Source: Mobula hypostoma | Lineage: Eukaryota | Assembly: GCF_963921235.1 (NCBI RefSeq) | Contig: NC_086097.1 | Span: 210,864,001-210,928,000, forward strand | Direction: 5' to 3' | DNA: 64,000 nucleotides | Part shown: positions 39,865 through 52,680 of the stretch, piece by piece | Numbering within the stretch: the first letter of the stretch is position 1 | Layout: each line of letters opens with the position of its first letter | The notes under the pieces: model-generated | Database searches by the model: none | What the model saw: the letters and a program-made list of their open reading frames with translations, nothing else | Told to the model about the DNA's origin: nothing | Translations under genes and position numbers: made by a program

Positions 39865-42800
39865 ATCAGCAAAGGTAGTAGCACGTGTGTATCGCGAGGC
39901 TCAGTGCCTTACCAGATTTCGAAAAATGGTGTTAATTTATCTGCTTGTTTCCTCAATTCGGCTATGTGAACTACACTTACAGCAAACAGTCACTTTTAGA
40001 CATTAACTATCGATGCACCAACACAGTTTCGGACTATCCGTTCAACTTCGACCAACTACCTCCGGAGTTAGTAAGGACACCGTGGACCTGCATTCAACTC
40101 GCTCCGACTGGAAGGGCCCGGCACCGGCGTCGAGACCGTAAACAAAGACGGGGGAAGCGTGGAGGTTTGTGTGCTAGGCTAAGGTTAAATCCACACAGGC
40201 CAGCGCTACCTAACATCTTCCTCGCCAATGTTCAGTCTCTGATGAACAAGCTGGACAAACTAAAGACTTGGACCCTCACACAAAGAAGGCTTATGAATTG
40301 CAACGTCATGTGTTTTTACAGAGACTTGGCTAAACAGTGATGTCCCAAACAACCTGGTGGAACTGGAAGGGTGCACGGTCTTCAGGGCTGACAGAGCTGC
40401 AACAGCAACAGGTAAAAGTAGGGGAGGTGGTTTTTGCATCTACATGAATCGATCATGGTGTACTAACTCTACCATTGCTGACACTTATTGCTCTGCTGAT
40501 CTGGAATACCTGCTTATTAAGTGCAGACCTTTTTATCAAACACGAGAGTTTACATGCATCACTGCTGTTGCAGTTTATGTACCGCCGGATGCTAACGCTA
40601 AAGTAGCCATGAAAGATCTCAGTGCCACTATTAGCAAGCTGCAGACATTGCATCCAGATGGAGCCTTTATTGTCGCTGGGGACTTTAATTATTGTAGCCT
40701 ATGTACCGTACTTCCAAGATTTTACCAAAATGTATCATGCACCACAAGGGGTAAAAAAAACCTTAGATCATGTCTACACAAATGTGGCTGACCCTTACAA
40801 AGCCACTACCCTCCCCCACCTGGGACAGTCCGACCATCTTTCACTGTTTCTGCTTTCCAAGTATAGCCCGGTCATTAAACGTGTGAAACCCACAATGAAG
40901 ACTATTAAGATCTGGCTGGAGGGTGCTGACTCTGCTCTTCAGCACCAATTCCAGCACACAGACTGGAGCGCGTTTGCTGCCCATGCCACCACAGACTCTC
41001 AGATTAACATTGACTTGTATACCAACTCTGTCCTTGAGCACATCAACAAGTGTGTAGATAGAGTGACAACAACTAAAAGTTTTCCCCAATCAGAAACCAT
41101 GGATGAATAGAGGAGTTCACCTCCTGCTCAAAGCCAGAGATTCAGCCTTCAGGTCTGGAGACCGGGAGGCTTACAGCTCAGCCAGGGCCAACCTGAGGAG
41201 GGGAATCTCTCAGGCTAAACACATATATAAACAGAGAATCCAGGAGCATTTCAACTCCTCGGACCCCCGGCGCACGTGGCATGGCATACAGGTCATTACA
41301 GACTTCAAACCACCTAGTACTGTGCCCCCTTCCAGCTCTGCTTCCCTCCCTGATGAGCTCAATTACTTCTACGCTCGCTTTGACCAAGAGAACAAGGAGG
41401 TCACCCTCAAAGCGGATCTCCCACCTGGTGAATTGCCTCTCTCACTTTCCACCTCCGATGTTTGCGCCACCCTGAGCAGGGTGAATGTTGGAAGGCAGCT
41501 GGTCCGGATGGAATACCTGGCCGTGTGCTCAGAGTCTGTGCAGGGCAGATGGCCAGGGTCTTCACAGACATTTTTGATCTGTCCCTGGCCCAGGCAGTTG
41601 TCCCCACAAGCTTCAAGAGCGCCACCATCGTGCCAGTGCCGAAGCATTCCACTGCCACGGGCATGAATGACTTCCACCCAGTTGCACTCACCTCCATCAT
41701 TGTAAAGTGCTTTGAGAAACTGGTTCTATCACATCTGAAATCCTGTCTGCTCACTACCCTGGACCCCATCAATTTGCCTATCGCACCAACAGGTCAACAG
41801 AGGACGCCACGTCGACAGCACTTCACTCCGCCCAGACCCTCCTGGACAGCCCCAACTCTTACATCAGAATGCTATTCATTGACTTTAGTTCGGCATTCAA
41901 TACTGTGATTCCTTCCAAGCTGATCACCAAATTTCACCAGCTTGGTATCAATTGGACCTTGGACTTTCTGACTAACGGACCCCAATCAGTTAAGTTAGAC
42001 AACTTCTCCTCCTCCACTCTCACCCTGAACACCGGCGTGCCTCAAGGCTGTGTGCTGAGCCCCCTTCTGTACTCCCTTTTCACCTATGACTCCATTCCTG
42101 TACATGGCTCTAACTCCATAATCAAGTTCGCAGACGACACCACGGTGGTTGGCCTGATCAGAGGGGATGATGAGACAGCCTACAGGGACAAGGTCCAGTA
42201 CCTGGCCACGTGGTGTGCTGACAACAACCAAGCCCTTAACACCCAGAAGACCAAGGAGATCATTGTGGACATCAGGCATGCTAGGAGCCACACTCATGTC
42301 CCCATCTACATCAACAGAGCTGTAGTGGAGCATGTATCAAGCTTTAAATTCCTTGGTGTCCACATTTCCGAGGAACTCACCTGGTCCCTGAACTCCTCCA
42401 TCCTGATCAAAAAGGTGCAACAGCACCTTCATTTCCTGCAGAGCATCAAGAAAGCTCACCTCTGTCCCAGGATGCTGACGGACTTTTACCGCTGTACCAT
42501 TGAGAGCATACTCACCAACTGCATCTCAGTGTGGTATGGCAATTGTCCCATATTGGACTGCAAATCACTCCAGCGTGTGGTAAAAACTGCCCAGCGGGTT
42601 ATCGGTACCCAATTGCCCACCATTGAGAACATCTACCATAAACACTGCTTGGGCATGGCAAAAAGCATTATCAAGGATGCATCTCACCCTAACCATGGAC
42701 TTTTTACTCTCCTTCCATCTGGTAGGTGCTACAGGAGACTCCACTCCCTCACCAGCAGGCACAGGAAGAGCTTCTTCCCTGAGGCTGTGATCCTGCTGAA

Positions 42801-43011
42801 GCTCACATCACAGCATTAAGCAGTACTGCACCCATATTGTACTGTCTCAATACTTTTATATTTGTGTGCTGTAGCACTTACCTTTTATTCGCAGTTATTT
42901 TGTAAATAACACTATTCTTTGCATTTCTGGTCAGCTGCTAACTGCATTTCATTGGCCTTGTATCTGTACTTGGCACAATGACAATAAAGTTGAATCTAAT
43001 CTAATCTAATC
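39865..43011 (+). mobile_element. Near full-length Rex1/Babar LINE (APE + RT), frameshifted
   Basis: [55 protein letters not shown] and [10 protein letters not shown] across ORFs 39945-42819. (AATCT)n tail. Possible ttgtt TSD at 39860-39864 / 43012-43016. Confidence 0.93.
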
Positions 43012-43329
43012 TTGTTTCTTTTTCTTTTTCATGTGGAAGGGGGTGGGTTGATGTCTTTTCTCTCAATAGCTCCATGGTTTTTCTGTATTTCATGGCTATC
43101 TGGAGACGACAAATCTCAGAGTTATATTCTACGTACATACTTTGATAATACAATGAACCTTTGAACCTTGAAACCTTTGAAGGTAGGAGCAACGTGTTTT
43201 ACAATTCACTCCTGAAATTCATTTCCACTGAATCAATGGAAGAATGTTTTTTTTATCTGAAATAAGACACTTTGTTACAGTTAATTGCAGATGACAAGTA
43301 GAACTTCTGATGTATGGTTTTTGACACGA

Positions 43330-43640
43330 AGCTCTTTCTCTGTCTACAGTTCCGTTACTTATATACACACATTCTTTCTCTCACTTTTGCCAATCAACTG
43401 TCCAGCTCTTGGCTCCATCCCTTCCCCTCCTGCCTTCTCCTATCATTTTGGATCTCCCCCTCCCCCTCCCACTTTCAAATCTCTTACTAACTCTTCCTTC
43501 AGTTAGTCCTGACGAAGGGTCTCGGCCTGAAACGTCGACTGCGCCTCTTCCTATAGATGCTGCTTGGCCTGCTGCGTTCACCAGCAACTTTGATGTATGT
43601 TGCTTGAATTTCCAGCATCTTCAGAATTCCTGTTGATTGC
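43330..43640 (+). mobile_element. Penelope-derived terminal-repeat element
   Basis: Pyrimidine-rich body, hammerhead motif, then gatgctgc..cctgctg.gtt..ccagca 3' block shared with other copies in the window. Confidence 0.65.
43505..43540 (+). ncRNA. Minimal type I hammerhead ribozyme motif (predicted)
   Basis: AGTC-CTGACGA-AGG(gtctcgg)CCT-GAAA-CGTC-GACT: stem I AGTC/GACT, intact cores, predicted GUC cleavage site at 43534-43536. Confidence 0.7.
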
Positions 43641-45059
43641 TGATGGTGGATGCTGCTTTCCTGCAACCACGCTTCATGTAGATGTGTTCCATGGTTGCCA
43701 GGGGTTTACCCGTGATGGACTGGGCCATATCTACTACTTTTTGTAAGATTTTCTGTCCAAAGGCATTGGTATTCCATGCCAGGCAATATACTCTCTACCA
43801 CACATCCATAGAAATTTGTCAAAGTTTTAGATGACTTGCCGAATCTTCACAAACTTCTAATGATGTAGATACTGCTGTGCTTTCTTCATAATTGCATGTA
43901 CATGCTGGGCCCAGGATAGCACTGAGGGAACTTAAAGTTGCCAAAAATCTCCACGAAGAGAACTGTCTCAGAGGCCATGGGTTTTATCCTCCTGAAGTCA
44001 ATAATCAGCTCCTTGGTCTTACTGACATTGAATGAGAGGTAGTTGCTTGAGTGAGAGTTAGTAGAGGGATGCAGACTTGCACAGGGAATGCACTCCGGCA
44101 AATTAGCGAATTATATGCCTGGCTTTTAAGTTACAGATAATATTTGTACAGATGGTGATCTTTAACAATTAAAAGCAAACAATTTTTTTCCATTTTAAAA
44201 AATTCAGACTTTATTTCATGGCATCTGGAAACGATTTTCTGAGATAAGAGTATTGCTTGATGAATGTTATAGAAGTTGTACAGGTGGAGAAAGCCTTGAG
44301 CAAAATTAAATTAAACAAAGCAAGATTAGATGAGAACTTCTGCTGTGTTAAAAGAAGGTATCTGAATGTGCAAGATGAAAGGAGAAAAAATTACTACAAT
44401 CATCATGGAACTCAGCATCTGTAGAGAGCAAAATTGATGCTTCACCCGAGCTAGAAAAAATATAAGAGACAAAGATAACACAGTCGGAAAAAGAGAGAAT
44501 AGAAAATTGATTGCTGTGTAGAGATTTTAAGAAAGCTGCACTGCAGTCAATAAATAGAAAAAACACTATAAAACTAAAGTATCGAGGGCTAGAAATCCCA
44601 TGTTCGTGAGCTTGTGTGACGATATCTGATTTTATAGTTAGTTATTTTCGGTCATATGTAGCCTCGTATGTCTTTCTCTGGCAGTTGAGTGTAGCTGGGA
44701 AAATAAGGAGAAACCATGAAAAGCTGAAGAAACAATTGGGCCTAATCCATAAAAAGTCTTACCAGCTGAACAGCAGTCTTGTAAGTGCATAACTAGAAGG
44801 GGCAATAAGCAGAAACTCCAAACTACAGAGGTCTTAAAAATAAGTCAAGGGAGGCAGGATATGTTGCTGAAAAGGTGCTAACAGCTTTTAAATTTTAACT
44901 ATTGGGTACACAGCATGTTTATTTAGCTGCTGAGTCCATGAAGAAGTCTGGCGTTTTTAACCGCGCACAAGAATTCTTAATGGGCTTGAAAGGATTCATG
45001 CAAGAAAGATACTTTTCCTGGAATGGAAGGCCAGAACCAGGGAATCACAGTTCTGAGAT

Positions 45060-46640
45060 AAATCACCTGGACCAGATGGACTCAACCCAGGGTTCTGAAA
45101 GAGGTCGCTGAAGAGATGGTGGAGCCATTAGTAATGATCATTCAAGAATCATTTGATTCTGGAATAGTTCCAGAAAACTGGAAAATTGCAAATGTCATTC
45201 CACTCTTTAAAAAGGGAGAGAGACAGAAGAAAGAAAATTATAGACCAGTTAACCTGTTCTCAGTGGTTGTGAAGATGATGGAGTCAATTTTTAAGGATGT
45301 GGTTTGGGGTACTTGGAGGCACATGATAAAATAGACCTTGGTCAGCATGGTTTCCTCAAGGGAAAACCTTGTCTGACAAATCTGTTGGAACTCTTTATAG
45401 AAATAACAAGCAGAATAGACAAAAGAGAATTGGAGAATGTTGTGTACTTGGATTTTCAGAAGCCCTTTGACAAGGTGCCACACATGAGGCTGCTTAAGAA
45501 GTTAAGAGCCTGTGGTATTACAGGAAAGATACAAGCATGGATAGAAGATTTGCTAACAGGCAGGAGGAAAAGAATGGGAATAAACGGATCCTTTTCTGGT
45601 TGGCTGCTGGTGACTAGTGGTGTTCTGTAGGGGTTGGGGTTGGGACTGCTTCTTTTCACATAATATGTCAATGATTTGGATGATGGTACAGGTGGCTTTA
45701 TAGTCAAGTTTGTAGACAATACAAAGATAGGTGCAGGGTGGGGTCAGGGGGCAGATAATGTTCTGGAAGCAGGGAGTCTGCAGAAGGACTTGGACAGATT
45801 GGGAGAATGGGCAAAGAATTGGCAAATGGAATATAGAGTAGGGAAGTGCATAGTCATGCACTTTGGTAGGAGGAATAAAGGTATAGGCTATTTTCTAAAT
45901 GGGAAGAAAATTCAACAAGTGGAGGTGCAAAGGGAGCTGGAGACTTCATGCAGGATTCCCTAAAGATTAACTTGCAAGGTGAGTCAGTGGTAAGGAATGC
46001 AAATGCATTGTTGGCATTTATTTTGAGATGATTAGAATACAAAAGCAAGGGTGTAACGTTGAGAATTTATAAGGTATTAGTCAGACCGCACTTAGACTAC
46101 TGTGTGCAGTTTTGGGCCCCCTATCTATGAAAAGATATGCTGGCATTGGGAAGGGTCCAGTGGAGTTTCATGAGAATGATTCCAGGGCTGAAAGGGTTAA
46201 TGTATGAGGAGCACTTGATGGCTCTGGGCCTGTATTTGCTGGAGTTTTGAAGTTTTGAAGAATGATGGGGGATCTCATAAAAGCTATCAAGTATTGAAAG
46301 GCCTAGATAGAGTGGATATGAAGAGGATGATTCCTACAGTGGGTGAGTCTAGGAACCAGACTGCACAGCCTCAGAATGGAGGAACATCCATTTAGAACAG
46401 CAATGAGGCAGAATTTCTTCAGCTAAAGTGGTGTATCTGTGGAATTCATTGCTACGGACAGTCAGGGAAACCAAGTCGTTGGGTGTATTTAAAGCAGCAT
46501 TTCTTGATTAGTCAGGCGTCAAAGGTTATGTGGTGAAGTCAAGAAAATTGGGAGGAGAGGGATAATATATCAGCCATGATGGAAAGGCGGAGTATACTCA
46601 ATGGGCCAATCAGCCTAATTCTGCCTCTATATCTTGTGGC
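45060..46640 (+). mobile_element. Older 5'-truncated CR1, multiple stops/frameshifts
   Basis: VPENWKIANVIPLFKKG, VYLDFQKPFDKVPH, KFVDNTKIG. 3' UTR at ~46560-46640. Confidence 0.92.
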
Positions 46641-46706
46641 CATTTTTGAGGGCTTATCTAATAAACTGGCACCAGTTCATACATAGTACAAAAAAGCCGT
46701 GTTCAG

Positions 46707-49542
46707 GGCAACTAAAATATCTTATAAACCTCTTGAAATAAATGAAACCTTTAAAAATTTTTATTCTGCATTATATCAATCAGAATCCCAAAACGATGTT
46801 AATGAGATAGAAAGGTTTTTATCACAAGTTTCTCTTCCAAAATTGAATTTGGAAGAACAGAGGGGATTAGATATGCCTTTTACATTAAAAGAAGTTGAAG
46901 AAGCTTTAGGATCACTTCAAAGTAATAAATCTCCAGGAGAAGATGGTTTTCCACCTGAATTTTATAAAAAATTTAAAGATTTATTATTTCCTCTTTTTAT
47001 GGAACTAATACGTCAAGCAGAAAAAATACATAAACTTCCAAAATCTTTTTCAACAGAGATTGTAATAGTATTGCCAAAAAAGGACAGAGATCCTATGAAA
47101 CCAACATCATACAGGCCTATTTCTTTATTGAATACGGATTATAAAATAATAGCAAAAATTTTATCGAATAGATTATCTAAATATTTACCAAAATTAATAC
47201 ATATGGATCAAACAGGATTTATTAAAAATAGACAACTGGCAGATAATGTAACTCAGCTACTCAGTATAATTCATTTGGCACAAAAAAGGGATGAGAAGAG
47301 TATAGTAGTAGCTTTGGATGCAGAAAAAGCATTTGATAGATTAGAATGGGATTTTTTATTTAAAGTATCAGAAAAATATGGGTTAGGAACATCTTTTATA
47401 AATTGGATTAAAACTTTAAATTCTAACCCTAAAGCTAAAGTAGTGACAAACTCTCAAATTTCAACACCATTCCGGTTAAAAAGGTCAACTAGACAAGGTT
47501 GTCCACTATCACCTGCTCTATTTGTATTGGCGATAGAGCCATTAGCAGAACTAATTAGATTGGATCCAGATATTATGGGTTTTAGAGTTAACCAAGAGGA
47601 ATATAAAATTAATCTTTTTGCCGATGATGTTTTGATCTATTTAACAAACCCACAACATTCGTTACATAAATTATCTTCTAGATTGGATGAATATGGGAAG
47701 GTATCAGGTTACAAAATAAACTGGGATAAAAGTGAAATTTTATCTCTTACTAAAGGAGACTATAGTCAACGTCGATTAGTAACCCAATTTAGATGGCCGG
47801 TAAATGGTATAAAGTATTTAGGTATAAGACTTGATAGTGATGTAAAGAATTTATATAAATTTAATTATTTACCACTATTGAAAAAAATTCAAGAAGATCT
47901 TGACAAATGGATGATACTACTAATAACATTAGTAGGTAGAGTCAATGTTGTAAAAATGAATGTATTTCCGAGATTACAGTATTTGTTTCAAACATTACCA
48001 ATACAATTGCCACAGAAATTTTTTCAAGAGTTAAATAAATCTGTGAGAAAATTTCTTTGGAAAGGTAAAATGTCAAGAATATCATTGGAAAAACTGACAT
48101 GTAAATTTAGGTTAGGAGGGTTACAACTTCCAAACTTTAAAAATTACTATAAAGCAAATCAACTTAGATTTATTGCATCTTTTTTCAATTATCAAAAACC
48201 AGCATGGATTAAAATAGAACTAGACAAGATAGGAGAAAATAAACCTGAAGATTTTATATATAAATGGGAATCTAAATGGATACGGGAAAAGAAAGAATCT
48301 CCTATATTAACACACTTGATTGATCTATGGAATAAGATAAATGTTGATAAGGAAACACAGAAATCTCTATTAGCAAGGAGACCTTTGTTTCAAAACAGAC
48401 TTATTCCTTTTACAATGGACAATCAACTTTTATATAATTGGTACCAAAAAGGGATTAAATTTATAGGAGATTGTTTTGAGCGAGGTATATTGATGTCATT
48501 TGAACAATTAAAGGATAAATATAAAATATCTAATAATACTTTCTTTTGTTACTTTCAGTTAAGGGCTTACTTAATAGGTAAGCTGGGTCAAACAATGTTT
48601 TTGCCAAAAGCTAATGAAATTGAAATTTTAATTCAAAAAGGGAAAATTAAAAAATTTATTTCTTGTATGTATAATTTGATTCAAGAACAGACAATTAAAC
48701 AAGGAACCCATAAGTCAAAGCAAAAATGGGAAACAGATCTGAATATTAATATTGATCAAATAAATTGGTCAAGACTTTGTCTGGACAGTATGACAAATAC
48801 AATAAATGTTCGACTTAGATTAGTACAATATAATTTTTTACACCAATTATATATTACACCACAAAAAATAAATAGATTAAATTCAAATCTATCTGATAAA
48901 TGTTTTCGGTGTAATCAAGAAATTGGTACTTTTTTACATTCTACTTGGTCTTGTTTTAAAATTCAACCCTTTTGGATAAATTTAAGAGTCTTATTGGAAC
49001 AAATTACTGGAATTCAACTTCCACATAACCCTGTATTATTTCTATTAGGTGATATTGAAGGGATAAAACCGAAACTTAAATTGAATAAATATCAGAAAGA
49101 ATTTATAAAAATTGCATTGGCAGTAGCTAAGAAGACTATAGCAGTTACTTGGAAATCTGATTCGTATTTAAGTATGGATCGTTGGAATAATAAAATGGCT
49201 AGTTCTATTCCACTTGAAAAAATTATTTATAATTTAAGAGATAATTATCTAACATTCTTGAATATTTGGCGCCCTTATTTACAAAAGATAGGATGTCATA
49301 TTTAAGTGCTCCGACAAAGAATTTGGTTACTTGGGGAAAATAACAAATAATTATACCAAATTTATTTTGAATCCCATGGAGCATGTGGAAACCTTCCAAT
49401 ACCCAGGCGGCTCTTCTTTTTTTTTCTCTTTCTTTCTTTTAGGTAGGACTATATATATGGGGGGGAGGGTTAAGGGGAGGGGGGTGGGTAGATTTTATCT
49501 TTTCATGTATTCTTTTTGAAAATTTAATAAAAATTATATTTA
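46707..49542 (+). mobile_element. 5'-truncated L1-clade LINE, ORF2 (RT + C-terminal CCHC) uninterrupted to stop at 49305
   Basis: KSPGEDG, YRPISLLNTDYKI, LDAEKAFDR, TRQGCPLSP, LFADD, CFRC...H..WSC. AATAAA at 49526-49531. TSD aaaaaagccgtgttcag at 46690-46706 / 49543-49559. Confidence 0.96.
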
Positions 49543-50954
49543 AAAAAAGCCGTGTTCAGTCTTTTCAGTGAAGAGGAATATGTGTGAGAGAGAGAGGTGA
49601 GAATTGGATCATCTATGCATTTTGAAACTATACTGAGCATTTCAGGCAATAGATGCAGAGAGATGGAAACAAGTTTAATGTTACACCTTTTACATGTCTT
49701 TGAAGTAATTAGATTCATATATTTAATTTTTAACTATTTATATTTAAAAATGTTTCTTCAGAGGCTAAGGTAGTTCATCATGGTCCCAATGACTCTCACC
49801 AATTTTTCGAGATGCATCATAGAATGTATCCTATCAGCATGGAAAATATCTGCACAGGAATGCAATAAAATTGATGAAAGCTGTGAAGTGAGGCAAAGGA
49901 AAGGAAATTATAGGCCCTTCAGTCTGACCTCAGTGGTTGGGAAGATGATGGGGTCAATTGTTAAGGATGTAGTTTTGGGGTACTTGAAGGCACAGGATAA
50001 AATAGGCCATAGTTAGCATAGTTTCCTCAAGGGAAAACCTTGCCTGGTGAATCTGTAGGGATTCTGTGAAGAAATAACAAGCAGGATAGACAAAAGAGAA
50101 TTGGCGGATGTTGTGTACTTGGATTTTCAGAAGGCTTTTGACAAAGTGCCACACATGGGGCTGCTTAACAAGTTAAGAGCCCATGGAATTACAGGAAATA
50201 TACAAGCATGAATGAAGTAGCTGACTGGCAGGGGGCAAAGAGTGGGAATAACAGAGGCTTTATCTGGTTGGCTGCCGGTTACTAGTGGTGTTCTGCATGG
50301 GTCATTATTGGAACCGCTTCTTTTAACATTTATGTGAACAATTTGGGTGGCTTTATGGCCAGGTTTGCAGATGATACAAAGATAGGTGGGGGAGCAGATA
50401 ATATTCTGGAAGCAAGGAAGTGATTATAACTTTCCACATATTAACTGGGACACCCATACTGTAAAACGATCAGATGGGATAAAGCTTGCCAAAAGTGTTC
50501 AGGAAAGTTTCTTAACATCAGACAATACTCGATCAAAATGTTGAAGTCCCAATGAGAGAGTGCTTGATACTTCATCTCCTATTAGGGAACGAAGCAGGGC
50601 AGGTGACAAAAGTTTGTGTCGAGGAGCATCTAGTTATCTAGATACAAAGTAAGTATTGAGCCCAGGAGACAGGACGTTATGCTGAAATTACATAAGATAT
50701 TGGTAAGGCCTAATTGGGAGTATTGTGTGCAGTTCTGGTCACACTCCTACAGGAAAGATGTAAGCGAGATTGAAAAAGTATAGAGAAAATTTACAAGGAT
50801 TTGCTGGGTCTGCAGAACCTGAGTTATAAGAAAAGATTGAAGAGGTTAGGACTTTAAACACAAAATAATCTGCAGATGCTGTAAAAGATCAAAGCGACAC
50901 TTTCAGTACGCTGGTTGAACTCAGCAGGTCGGGCAGCATCAATCAGAAACTATG

Positions 50955-50990
50955 AGTCGACGTTTCGGGCCGGAACCCTTCGTCAGGACT
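50955..50990 (-). ncRNA. Minimal type I hammerhead motif (predicted)
   Basis: Reverse complement AGTC-CTGACGA-AGGGTTCCGGCCC-GAAA-CGTC-GACT. Confidence 0.65.
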
Positions 50991-51231
50991 GAAGAATGAA
51001 AGATGGGGAAGGATTTGAAGAATGCTTGTAGCGTCAGTTGAAAGACTAGTAATTTGAAAGACAAAGGAGTGGGGGAGGGGAAGCATTGACGTCATAGCCC
51101 TGAAAACAATGGGTAGTAGAAGAAGGAGGCAGAACCATGCTTCCCCTCCCCCACCCCTTTGTCTTTCAAATTACTAGTCTTTCAACTGACGCTACAAGCA
51201 TTCTTCAAATCCTTCCCCATCTTTCATTCTC

Positions 51232-51267
51232 AGTCCTGACGAAGGGTTCCGGCCTGAAACGTCGACT
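51232..51267 (+). ncRNA. Minimal type I hammerhead motif (predicted)
   Basis: AGTC-CTGACGA-AGG(gttccgg)CCT-GAAA-CGTC-GACT; predicted cut after C51263. Confidence 0.7.
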
Positions 51268-52680
51268 CATCGTTTCTGACTGATGCTGCCCGACCTGCTG
51301 AGTTCATCCAGCGTACTGAAAGTGTTGCTTTGAGGTTAAGACTTTATTCCTTGGAACGAAAAAGATTGAGGAAAGATTTGATACAAATTTATGGGAGTTA
51401 TAGATAAGGCAAATTTTCCACAGAGGTTGGGTGGGACTAGAGATTATGAGTCAAGGAAGAAAGGAGAAAACTTTAAGGGGAATATGAGGGAAACTTCTTT
51501 GCTCAGCGGGTCATGAGAGTGTAAATAGCTCCCACTGCAAGTGGTGCATGTGAGCTTTATTTCAAAGTTTAAGGCAAGTTTGGATAAGTACACAGATGAT
51601 AGGCAGGTGGCCTCAATGCAGGTCGATGAGAGTCAGCAGTTTAAATAGTTTGGAATGGATTAGATGGGCTGAAGGGCCTGTTTCTATGACTCTAAACTTG
51701 ATGTCAGATAGGCTGGTACCAGTGAATCATTGGATAGTTTTACTAACTGTTGCAGAACCCTCTTGTCTGCTGCAGTGCAATTTCTGTAATGCACAGTGAT
51801 GCAGCGTGTTCGGATGCTCTCCACTGCACATCTGTAAAAGGTCCTGAGTGTGGGTGTGCACAGACCCACTCTCGTTAGTCTTGTCAAAGTAGAGGCATTG
51901 GTGAACTTCCCTGACTGTGGAGGATGAACCCCTGTACACTACCTCACTATATTTCCTACTTATTTCATTACAAACATTTGTATATACAATATATAATTAA
52001 GTATACTTATATGTGTATATATATCAACTGTAATTTATAGTTTTTTGTTATTACATATTGCACCATAAACAACCAATTTCCCGACATATGCCGGTGATAT
52101 TAAACCATATTCTGTTGTGTTCTCGGATTATGACAAGGTACCTGGCCGAGTACTAAAGACCCGTGCCAATCAACTCACTGAGATCTTTAACCTCTTGCCT
52201 CAGCAGTGTGTGAAACCCACCTGCTTCAAGCAGGCTTCAGTTATACTGGTGCCCAAGAAGAGTATGGAGATCTGTCTCAATGGCTATCGCTCCGTTGCTC
52301 TTCCATCCACTGCAATGAGGTGTTTTGAGAGGCTGATGATAAAACATATCAGCTCCTGCCTAAGAGGCAACTTGGCTCTTCAACCCAGGATTACCTGCGC
52401 AGCAAAGGTGCATATATCAGGATGCTCTTTATTTGGTACAGCTTGAAATTTAATACCACCATCCCCTCAAACCAAAACAATCTCTAAGATCTTGGCCTCG
52501 ATATATCCTTGTGCAACTGGATCCTGAAATTCCTTACTTGTAGACCCCAGACAGTTCAGATTCGCAATAACATCCGCTCCACAATCTCAGTCAGCACAGC
52601 TCACCGGGCTTAGGCGGAAGCGGGCGAGGCGAGGAAGGTTTGACATTCATTTTCTGTTGCTATTTGAGGAGAGGGGCATT

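Larger units (their letters stand above)
50857..51331. mobile_element. Penelope-derived fold-back insertion with ~197-bp inverted arms
   Basis: Arms 50889-51086 and 51137-51333 are near-perfect reverse complements. TSD gaggttaggacttta / gaggttaagacttta at 50842-50856 / 51332-51346. Confidence 0.9.
49890..51690 (+). mobile_element. Decayed CR1 fragments (interrupted at 50857-51331)
   Basis: GNYRPFSLTSVVGK, YLDFQKAFDKV, EYCVQFWS. 3' tail gggctgaagggcctgtttctatg at ~51666-51690. Confidence 0.88.
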
